Assembly (NCBI GenBank): GCA_002633005.1
Contig: NMRA01000048.1
Coordinates: 62,001-126,000 of the forward strand
Source: Phoronis australis
Taxonomy: Eukaryota; Animalia; Phoronida
Direction: 5' to 3'
Length of the DNA stretch: 64,000 nucleotides
A program made the position numbers and the translations under genes. Below, piece after piece: positions 12,401 through 23,506 of this stretch (position 1 is the stretch's first letter; every line of letters begins with the position of its first letter). The notes beneath the pieces were generated by a model, which saw only the letters and a program-made list of their open reading frames with translations, was not told where the DNA came from and did not search any database.

Positions 12401-15400
12401 CTTTCCACTTGTCAGCAGTCTGTGGCAGAGGCGTTGGCATTTGTCTTGATTTATGTGAAGGCATGGAATAAATTTGCTACTTTTGCACTTCCGTCTAAGT
12501 TGTTGTCTTTCAGAGTCGGGTTACTTTCAGAGTCCGATACATCCAGAGAATTGAAATGAATTTTTGCCTTTTCGTCTTCTCGGTTTTCCTCTGTGTGAAA
12601 GGGCCCCGTCACACTCAGTATAATCTCAAAAACTGGTCAAAAGGTGACTGGGAAGTGTTATATAGTCCGAGCAAGCACCCCATTGATGATGTCACATTCG
12701 AGGCACGTTTTTCGCCAAAGGTACCTGCCCTCTTGCTACCCAAGTTTGGTGTAAGAGGGCTTGAATGACAGATGCCTTGTATTTTGTGTAGTGGTGATGC
12801 TGGTTCAGTATACAAGATACTTGCCTTTCAGCCGTTGTCATGTGTGTCAGTGCTAGAAGCAAAGCTTGTAATTTGGTTTTACAGCCTCTATTCATTTAAC
12901 GAACAGCTCCACTTTACTGGATCCAGCCTGGTTTTGAAATGCTGATTTGAGCCCTGCCATGGAAGCAGGTGTCAACCTGTTTTTGAATACAGACAGTCTC
13001 AATATCTCCATTGTCCCGAGTTTTTAATATGTCACGCGAAAATAAGGGTCCATGCATTGTTCATTGTTGTATGTAGAGTGCATTGATATTTACCTAAGCG
13101 CAAGTATAGAAAAGCTGGGTAATTAATCTGGGCTCATACCTTGACAAGTGAATGTGGGCACTGTTATTTTGCAGGCTCATTCTGCTCGCCAATAATGAGA
13201 GTGATACTATGGGCTTCCTGTCATTTTTTTCCAGCCCTGTTAGGCTGGATTCTCCTTTTTTGTCGATAGTTGGTAAGCACCAGCTGATCCGTGATACGGA
13301 GCCGTTAACAATCTTCGCCATTTTCACAAGTGTGTGGCGTTCACTTTCCCCTACCCCTCAAAACTTTCACGTGTACATTCAGTATTCATGTTACTTGTTA
13401 AACTGCAAGTATGCTTCAAAGCAGTGAGCTAAATGCTGGTGTTCCTCTTTACAGTGACGTGGTATCATAATACAATTGTTATGAAGTTCATTATGTATTT
13501 TGTTTCATCTTTTAGTTGCGGAATCCTTGTTTTTGCCCGTTTTTGATTGATTTTGAATTGTTTGGGATTGAAACTAGACAAGGTTTAACGAATTTGAAGT
13601 TTTTAATTTTTTCCACAAACACGTTGAGGTTATTGGCATTTGATTGCCAAACTTTCCAGAGGACACCGATTCAATTTTCTGCCATTGTTGGAAAATGCAA
13701 GGCTTTAGAGGATTTTTGTACCAGGGGCAAAGTCACAATTCGTCTTGTTATGTACCATGCAAAAATTGTTTTAATTTGAATTATAACTGCATTATTTGCC
13801 AAACTCTGGTCCAGCAACTTTAAACTGCATCATTCGTAAAACGATAATGTCCTTCTAAATAGTACTAAAAAGAAGTAAAATAAACCCCATTTTTGGTTCT
13901 GCTTTGAAACATTTTATCGCATGTTCTAATGAGCCCACCTTTGATGACACCATCTCAACCTCTGGCTATTAATGGTAGTACTATAGTTGTCTGTGATCTA
14001 TTGAGCGACGTTTGTATTTAGTCCAAACGTTCCATGCCTTTTTATTAGTTCTAAGTGCAAATCATAATCGGCACTGATGCACAAAGTGCTGATAATTTTT
14101 AGTTGTATTTTATGTGTAGATCCCAGCTCAACAAGTAACCCAAGGTCTAGGTCAGACTAGCAACATCTTTGTCTCTGTCGCAGGCCTATTGAGTTGGATC
14201 TTGGCAGTATGTCAGCTGTCTTTGGTTATGTCATTGTCATTTTTATGATGTCAAAAGCTTCTGCATGGTATTTATCCCAACCTCCTCCTGAAGTGTATCA
14301 AATGTACTCCTGAAAATTATAATAATTATGAACTGTTGAATGCCGATACGATAGGATTGCTGAAGATAGTCCATGTTGAAATGCCTTTTGAAAAGACACC
14401 CAGCTGAACTGTAACAAAAGGCCAGGTCTAGGTCACCTATTTATTACCTGTCTCATCTCCAGTCTATTCATCAACTGACTTGAGCTCCTGTACTTACCAC
14501 ATTGATGTGAAACTAGTATAATAAGTAACTATGGTAAAATCTCATCAGTTTAAGTCACGATATGGCGGTCAAGTAAGCTTGTATTTTTTGTTTTTTCATG
14601 AAAGATATGAAGCTCCAAATAAATGCTCTTTCAATTTCTAATGGCTGGATACGATAGGTATACCTTCAGATAATATTTTGAGAAATTATGGCAAGTCATG
14701 GCCATGTTAAAAGCTTCTTTGGAAATATGATAATGAAAAACAACATTGGCAATTATTTTTGTCCGAAAGTAGTCTGATTAAATCATAAACTTTGTTGTTG
14801 GGATTTTCCGTCAGTTTGCGTTGTGTTTTGGACTTACATATAGTGACTTCTGTTAGAGTGCGTTCCATTTGGCTAACAGTACATACAGCTGGGTAAGCCA
14901 TACGACGCTTTGGTACGATCCGTGAGCATGAGATTGGCACGAGATGTTATTTACTAAGAACAATAGTTTACGAACCAGGTGGTTGTTATTGGGTGTCTGA
15001 AAGTAGATTGACTTCAGGTTCCAAGTTACTTTTCGTTAGTTGTTTACATGGTAACATGTGAAGGGTCCTTCCCGGTGCTTCTGTAGCTTGACTATCTGGC
15101 TGATGTGTGGGAAAATTCATTTTGTTGCTAGAGTCAAGTCAGTTTCGTAACTGGGCCTTCACTCACCAGTGGGGAAATGTGTCTCAATTAGCCAAAAGTA
15201 ATGTTTTGCAGAAGTGCTTGTAATGTAACTTTGAGGCGAATTTTTTTAATCATTGGATGTTAATATTTGGGGCCTGATTAGGGATATTTTGTGTGATGTT
15301 TACATGTTTTCATAGAAGAATGGGACTGAGTATTGGCCCCAGTATTGAGGCATCGAGGGCCTGTGTAATGAGCTCTATTTCGGGAATATTTGGTTCTGCA

Positions 15401-18400
15401 TTTCACTTGACGCTTCTCGGGTTAAAGATCAAACTAAACTCTGAATGATGGATTCCCCCGCCTGTATTTGTTCATGTTATCTCTGTTTTCTGATTATTGT
15501 GCGCACGTGCCAAGTTTTGAAACGTTCGTTACTTTTCTCTGTATGTACACTATTTGACTACAGTGTTTTATGTCGCGGCATGTAATTGCGGAGTACAGTC
15601 TCAAAACTGCGATTAACGTGAGATTACTGACTACAGGTGCACTTTACGTTGAAGGACTCTCTCTGATTGTGAATGTTTGATACCGGCTACCTAGTGATTG
15701 CCAGGCACACTACAGACGGATCAAATTGTGATCTTCTGGTGAAAGGATGCAAACATCACGCATGAACAAGACTGGAGTCACAGCAAAGTTGATTTAGATG
15801 TCAAGGTGTTCGCAAAATGAAATAGATTTGAATATTCACATCAGTGATAAGAGGAAGCTTTTATTTTCACTTGAAATACCTGGAATACATTAGTCAAATA
15901 TGGGGAGACATTGATGCTTCTAATGTGGTTGAAAATTATTTTACAGACCACTTGTATCCTGCGATGCCCGACTTGATACCAGCTTCTGTCCACTTCCAAC
16001 AGATGGCGCAGCAATTGCCCGATTCACCGACACTCAAATTCAAAACAAAAAAGTGTGAGTATGCTAAATCGCGCGGTGCATGAGAAAGGTTACAGACTAA
16101 TCAAGTGAGCTGTTACGCGGTTTAATGAGCATCAGGACTGCTCTGCCCGCCTCTCTAAAGGCTCTTCATGGGAAAGTTGATATGTTTAGCATTTACACTG
16201 TACTCAATTGTATCAGTTGGTGGCACACTGATCTTTTTAGCATTACCAACAAGGTGACATTCAAGATGTGAGGGATTCAACAAAATGCCACCTCTGTGTG
16301 ATTTGAAATTTTGATTTTTTTTTAATGAAGCCACGTTAATTTTTTCTGGAGGTGTGTTGCGTCGCATTCGAGAATTGCACATTTTGAGATGTTTTTCTCC
16401 GCTTACGTTTTTGCTACAAGATGGAAAGGTCTAAAGTTGTAATGAAAATGTTTTTGTCCTTCATACATGGCAAAGTTGTTTCTGTGACCTGAACTTAGAT
16501 TGTGAATATGCCAGACTTGATATGTTCAATTGAGACTGCTGTTGTAGTCGTCAAAAGTTCAAGTGTCAATTCTGAAAGGTCATGTCTTTTATGATATTTA
16601 CATGACACCGTGACAGGAAATTAATGTTAAAATACTTTGCTTGAGTTGGCTTAAACTACTCCTGCAGCTTTTTTGTGACCAGCGTATGTGATAGTCAAAA
16701 TGTGTTGTCGTTTAATATCTCATATGAAATTGATTTAATTAAACATCACAAGCATGCAAATACAAATGATTGTCTGGTTGTGGCGCCTTTCACTAATTTA
16801 CAAAGTCCTGCGTTTCAATATTAATGTTTTTCCACTGACACGTTAGCAAAAGTCAGAGTTTTTGTAAACTGCCTCCTGTTGGCAAAGGAAACAGTCTGAA
16901 GTTGGATTACTTTGAAAAGTACTTATAACTTCTAGTGAGATTTATCACTTCTTATTTCCAGGGGGCAGGAAATTAAAAAACCCAGAAGACAGCTGTTCTG
17001 CAAAAAGAAAGCGAGAAAGTGAGTGCTGCTTTGTTTTGGTTGTCTAAGTTTTAATTGACAGTCTACATATTAATATGTGAATTGTCGATTTCATAAAATG
17101 CAATCTGTGGAAATGCATTGAACGTTCATTGGTTTGCGCCGGGCACGTTGAAATTTTAAATCTGTAGTGCAACAAGCCTGCTCTGCACTGTTCTTTTTCA
17201 AATCAGTTTTGCTTTTTCTACCGGCCTGTTTTATGAAAAGCGTCTTAAGACTTAAGTCATGAATTTGTCCTTACTCTTCTGGAGCAAAAATGCAGTCTCT
17301 GAGAATAGGCACTTAACTCATAGTTTCTAGACTGGGATGTGCTCATAATTACTAGACTAAGACTATGTCCAGCAATTGTGAAGTCGGGGTGCAAGACCAA
17401 ATGTCTACAAAGTCTTCAGTCACTTTTCATGTTGCAGATTCCTGGAGTAATGTAGGCAAACGTAATGTTGAGGTTATGAGAAACCCAAAGTAAAATGTCA
17501 GTTCGCCTAATTTTTGAGGAAATGACCAAAAAATTCTGTAAAGTATTGATATATGCACAGTCTTCATGACGGAAATGTTCCTAATATATTTGTTTTTTCA
17601 TAAAATTTTGTAAAAACTTGCTTCTTGATTTTCACAAAAATATGTTTTCATCTCATAAACTAATACTTAATACAAATGAAGGTATAATTCAGAACACTCT
17701 AACACCATTTTTGAGATTTCAACTTTAGTATTGTATAAAAAGAAATTTGATCACGTTGTGTTGGTTTACCGTGAATGTACTTTTTGAAAACACAAGCTTT
17801 TTCTAAATTCTGCTTGATACCATGGTAATGTGACCCTATCATTAATTACACTGTTGCTAAGTACAACAGGCATCAGTACATGTACACTTTTGCAAGTTAT
17901 GTTCTTTTGAGCTTTGTAAGTATTTACCAAGTAAGCGCATAGGCATGGTGCCCTGGATGTTCATTTGTTAGGCTTAGTGCGAATCAGAGTTATCGAGGCC
18001 TTGACGAGAGGTCAAGCACCTCTGGAAGATGTGTTGTACTTTCCCTGTGATTTGACAATGAGGGTCATAGGGGTAATTTATTGTCCCTAACTTCCGTTGG
18101 TTTCACACTCATTAAGCACAATCTTCACTAGTGTAAACTTTGTTTACCCAGTATATTTGGCGTCTCATTTGGGTTATGCATCGTCAGTTTCACCAGCAAC
18201 AAATGTCGATGCTTCACTCGCTTCAGGTTTCTAGTGACGTGACTGCAAAGTATGAACTTAATCTAATATCTTCAAAACTGTAGAACGTAAATTGGTAAAG
18301 GTATACATTTTCTGAATGTAGAAAGCCTATAAAATTTTATTTTCCAAATATCTGATTTTTGGTGGGACACGTCACTTGCTTACTTTACTGGGAATTGAAA

Positions 18401-19346
18401 ATTCAGTCACTAGTAGAGCAAGGGACCTTCTAGTAGAAATGCTTGCATTCAGGTATTCGAACTTGTCTATTATGACATGAACTCCACCATGCTGGTGAAC
18501 AACTGGTTTCTGCTCTCGACTTATATTCAGATGTCAAAAAGACAGGCCTGCATTCATTAACACCGTTTGCTGAATGTCGAGTGGCCCATTGAGGTAACAT
18601 TGTATTTTAGTGTTTCCATTGCTGCTTTGCTGGTCCCTTCACTAATCAACTGATATTTCCATTACCAGGTAGCACGACCTACTTGTGGGAGTTCTTGCTG
18701 CAGCTGCTACAGAACAAGGACACGTGTCCTCGCTTCATCAAGTGGACCAATCGGGAGAAGGGCATATTCAAGCTGGTTGACTCCAAGGCCGTCTCTAAGT
18801 TGTGGGGTATGCACAAGAACAAACCCGACATGAACTACGAGACAATGGGCCGAGCACTAAGGTAAGGAGACATGTTAAACGTTACAGCTCAGCTGCGCCT
18901 TGGTCAGTCCTTGTCACACCGCAGAATGTTGAAAAATTGTTGAAGCGGGCTAGCACTGGACGGAATCGGGCAAACTTGAGCCGCAATAATTTCGTTTGTG
19001 GCTTTTACTCACATTGTAACAATTTCGGTTCCCACTCGACTTCTCAAAAGCATTCTTGGAGCCATGTGGTTGTGTCGGGTGTTATTGAAATGTTCTTCAT
19101 AAAGTGGCCCTAAATTTGCACTGCTGCACTAGTCGCAATAGCCACATTTTCATTAAAGCACTTATTGTGCGGTAGTCCAACATTATGATGATACCGTCAT
19201 ATTGAAGCTCACAATAGTTCAACATTTGACATTTCAGGTATTACTACGCCCGAGGAATATTGAACAAGGTGGATGGGCAACGACTCGTCTATCAGTTTGC
19301 TGAAGTACCCAAAGGAATTGTAGAAATCGACTGTACGAACGCATAG
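3433..19346 (+). CDS. E74: E74/ELF-family ETS transcription factor, 5'-partial (start lies upstream of the window). Exons: 3433-3516, 10008-10115, 15947-16054, 16962-17018, 18669-18861, 19238-19346
   Basis: All six exons are GT-AG and phase-compatible. The ETS domain reads [64 protein letters not shown]|[35 protein letters not shown]. The upstream motif [21 protein letters not shown] and the stop right after the ETS domain match insect E74 as I recall it. The ETS exons are certain; the two low-complexity exons are slightly less so. Confidence 0.92.
4677..5074. mobile_element. MITE with long imperfect terminal inverted repeats, Harbinger-like ends
   Basis: Left end TGCCTGGTCTCTAATCTTT...AACTCGAAA...TTTGGCA...GAACTTAAGATAA matches the reverse complement of the right end GGCCCAGTCTCCAATCTTT...AACTCGAAA...TTTGGCA...GAACTCAAGATAA over roughly 100 bp. 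Flanks are CAG and CTG. Confidence 0.65.
5197..5900 (+). mobile_element. Decayed hAT-like transposon fragment
   Basis: CAGTGTTG start with several GACGCA subterminal repeats (5197-5290). A frameshifted translation near 5650-5740 gives [26 protein letters not shown], resembling the TTF-type zinc finger at the N-terminus of hAT transposases. The right boundary is approximate. Confidence 0.45.
6696..6893. repeat. Minisatellite, 50-bp unit x about 4
   Basis: GTAGACCCTATTTCTTTAAATTCACATACCAAGAGTTGGCTATACCACCT recurs at 6699, 6749, 6799 and 6849, nearly identical. Confidence 0.95.
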
Positions 19347-22300
19347 GCTATGAAGAATTAGCGCGCAAGTTTTCATCATCATCGTTGTCACCATCTCCTT
19401 CATAGATGTCGCCGCTTTCATCGATCTCGTGCCAAGTTCGAGACATCGTGCGACCTGTGGAGGTATTGGAGGTTGTTTAGTAACTTATTTACATCAAGCA
19501 AGTCTTAAAAAATGCAAGCAATTTTCTGTTCACAGTTTGTCTCGAAATGTTGCCGTGTCCAGATTTCCCATTTTACTGTGTAGTACCATTCTTACTATGT
19601 CAATTTCAGCCTTCGTTTTGTGAAATTGGCAATTCAAATTATATTTATTTTGTCTCCATGTTCGACTTGTGTCGTGTATCAAGTTCTCGGGTATATTTAG
19701 CGTCCAGTCCGACAGGTCGCACGGTGTCGACAGGCTAATCATTCATCTGTAAATAGGTCATCGTATTTTTTCTATTGTTATTTGAAGTGGCTAACGTGCA
19801 GGGATTCTCTATTGTTTTAGAATGTTGTCATGATTTGGAGACTGTCAACCTTTGTGCAGAGTCACCAGAATCAATTTTGCTGGGACATTCAGTTGAACTT
19901 GATTGTATCCTATTCTACACCCACACTGTGTACTTATGGAATAGAAATTTCTTTAATTGTATTGTACTTTCATTTTTGCTTGCTCACTTATTATTGCTAC
20001 TCGTATCTGCCACATTGTTATCATTACGTGAATGACTGTAGGAAAGCCAGTATAATTTTCTAGTAATGTTTGTGATCTTTGAATGTTAAATTTGCATAGG
20101 TCTATTTTGATTACTCTTGCGACTTTGTTATATTGTTTTTGAGATTTTCATCTTCAAATGCTGTTGCTGGCTAACAACTTCTCTCGTGCTGTTGTTCAAT
20201 ATTTTCCTAAGTCCAGGCATAGATGTTATGTGGCGAACTTCTTGACAAAAGGGAGACATTGAGTGTTGTTCTGTTGTTGCCATAAATGTCAGTCAAACTC
20301 TAGGAAATTGCACTTATTTGTAGTGACGAGATGCTGCCATTTCCATAATCTTGTATTTGCGTGCTTGCCGTCATTTATCGGAAGTTTTATGTGAGTGCAG
20401 TGGAACTAGATTTTCATACTGGACAGGTTAGTTGGCATTCATATTAGCTGCAGTGTGTTCAGGTTTTAATCCAAGTTGAGTTTTCTTTTGGTAGTGTAAT
20501 GTAGTCATTGAAACTCTTACAATCTATAAAGGCCAGTTGAATGTCGAAATCAAAATGTGATTTGTTTGCACACGTTTCTGGTGACTAGTTTGTGATGTAT
20601 TGTTTGCAGAAGTGTTGGCATGTGTACAGATTCTACGATTGTAAATTTGTTGTAGTTTTACCTCATTGTGTTTTGGGTGCTCAGTTGGAGTTGAAGTCCA
20701 GTCGAACTGATGAGACAATTACGTTGTCCAGCTACTTTGTTTTAGTTTCTTGGAGTGCACGTGTTTGACTATTTCCTCAGTAGAGTTGTCATGCATTCCC
20801 AGGCTTGTAAATTTTGAATTTTAACTGTCAGAGAAAAATGTGTGCTTCTGTTTTAGCGGGAATGTACAATTCAATGCAGCTGTTGTAAATTGGCATCAGT
20901 ATTAGTTGTCAATGCTTAATATTTTACCCAGTGTTAACTGTGAACTGGTTGGGCTACGAAGTGGCTCAAAATACAATTACTTGTAGTCTGATTTGGGGAG
21001 TAGCTTATCTATTAGTTCACACATTGCAAGTGTTGGTTCTTAAATGTTTTATTATCTCACGGTGTCAAAAACAATCGGCTTAATCAGTTTTTCTAGTTCA
21101 GAAACCCAGAGTTGCCAACTTGTTTTAGTTAAGTTTGGATTTTCTGAACTCTGTACATACTGTCACAAAATCTTTTTGTGAAAAGATATTCCTGAATAAA
21201 AGTTCAAATTAACGAGTTTCGTTTTTATTGAGAATTTACTCCTGTTAGTGACATACAAAATGTACATTACACTAGTTCTATACTCGTGCAACTTAAAATC
21301 TGTACAAGAAATTTTGATTCCAACACATGAACTTTCAGAACTATGTCGTGAATTTGGTATAATGCCGGACAAAGTAGCCTCCGTCAAAGAATTACAGCAT
21401 TATTTCACAGTGCGGAACATGGTTGCCAACTTTCTTTTTCACACAATGAATAACACGAACAAACTACATGTATATTGAATTAATTCTGAAACTGAATATA
21501 TGACTATGATGAACTGATAAAATTGCTGGGGGAAAAGCTGCACCTACCAGTTCGGATAAGTGACTTGAAACCTACAGTAGCTTGCCAACCAACAGAGCTC
21601 GGGGAAACAAAAACCGAGGATATCAACACTGAACAAATCCTTAAAAGGATACTATACTCAATACTCCCTATCTGACCAACTGGATACAAATGACCCTTGG
21701 AGGGTGGTCTTTTCCCACAGTTGCAGTGTAATTCACTAAAAGCATGGTTATGCTTTCCCATTTTGCAGGCTTTGAATTTCCTCCTTACTTTTGACAGTTG
21801 CCGAGGGTTACAGAGCATAGTTTCGTTTCAGAAAACTGGATGGGAAAGTCGTTTTTATTATCTGTTGCTAGTCTAAAACCTACTTTGGTATCCTTTTAAA
21901 AGGTTATGACACTAATCCATGATGAATAGACCACTTGCAAGTTTACATGTCGGTAGAAAAGTGGAACTAAGTCGCCATTTTGTTTCATAACAATCACACA
22001 AGGTAAATAGCACTGCACAAGGACAGCAAGCAGGGGCTTCTCAGAAGGAACACATCTGACAATATTCACAGCAAACCCTTGAGTGGTTTGGCATACAGAG
22101 AGGCAGAGGCCAAAACAGAATTTAAGTAATAAAAAATTGCCACCAGGTTGCACAGAATACATAGAATCCATATAAAAAGGAAGGTGCTGTCATCTCCTAA
22201 ATAGAAACTTAGTTGTTATGAAAATTCATTGGACTCCCAAAAGATACAGGGGCAAACTTAAAATACCACAAGAGCAACGCAAAGCATTGAAGCGTGCCCG

Positions 22301-23506
22301 CAACTGCTCTGCAAATGGTATGCTTCTAGAGGTATTCATTGTTATCATAAAAACAGCCACTAGGTGGCACAGAATATTGAAAGTTGCCACATAAAACAGG
22401 AATACACTTGCCACGTTTCACAAAGATTCTAAGAGTGTTTTAGGAGATACAGCTGAACATGCGAAACAAATTGCCTCTAGGGGGCACCACAGTAGTTGGG
22501 ACTTGCTGAAAATCAACGTTTATCATGCTGTTGTCAGAAGTAAAACATCTGCAATCATTTTTTTCTTTCAGGTCCTTTGAGTATGTAGGCAGATAGGGAG
22601 GCTAATGCGAAGAAATGGATTTGAATAACAATTGATGGCTACGTGCTCAGTTTTTTGGATAATGTCACAAGTAAGAGAAGTTCATAATAAAATAAAATAT
22701 AACATTAGAGGGAGCACAAATTCTGCAAATGCGCTGAAGACTTCGGCAATTTAGTAGAGTCCCTATTGGGACCATTTCATGCAAGCGAATACTGACACCT
22801 TCGCCTGCAGGCAAAACAGTTGAAGGTGTTACCAAGTCGCCAAATTAGGCTTTCTGTGAAAGTACGGCCTAGAAACGGGGCCTTTGCACGCCGACCAATT
22901 TAACATACTGGAAGCAAGACAAATGTCAACACCACTTGGACTTTAATAGCACTGACTGGGAGTCGACACGAGAGACTTGGTCAAGTTGGCTTTGCTTTGT
23001 CATTGCCAGTTTCACCCAGAATTCGCAAATGATGAAGCGTGAGACTAGCAATGAGAGCCTACGTGTTCTTAATGAAAATGGCGCCAACGTCGTCATTTGA
23101 TCAAAAATCAATTTGCTGATATTGCTGCCCAATTCAGTTTGTCAGAATAGACACATGGGAAGAACTCCAGTAACCAGCCGAGTGCAAAAGAGTTGGAGAT
23201 AATAGTAACAAAATTTAGACAAAAACTAAAAAGTCGATACAACTATAGTGTTCAAAAAAGTTAACAACATTTTTTGCAAAAGCGAAATTTCAGACCAAAA
23301 AAATTTCCAATTAATTTCAAACGGCAATGTATTCTTTTCCCTCTGCTTTCCTGTAAGATTTTTGTAAAATTTCGATGAAATTCATCAAACTTTTTGAAAA
23401 CTACTACAATTTACAATTTCTTGTGTCAAAACTAAGCCAAAATTCAACACAGCCAAGTTTATTCTGGAAAATGCTGTATAAAACATGCAAGCGACGTCGC
23501 TCACAT

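Noticed and set aside
19344-19361. Stop-codon readthrough of E74
   Set aside because: The TAG-G context is not a typical leaky one, and another stop follows after four codons.
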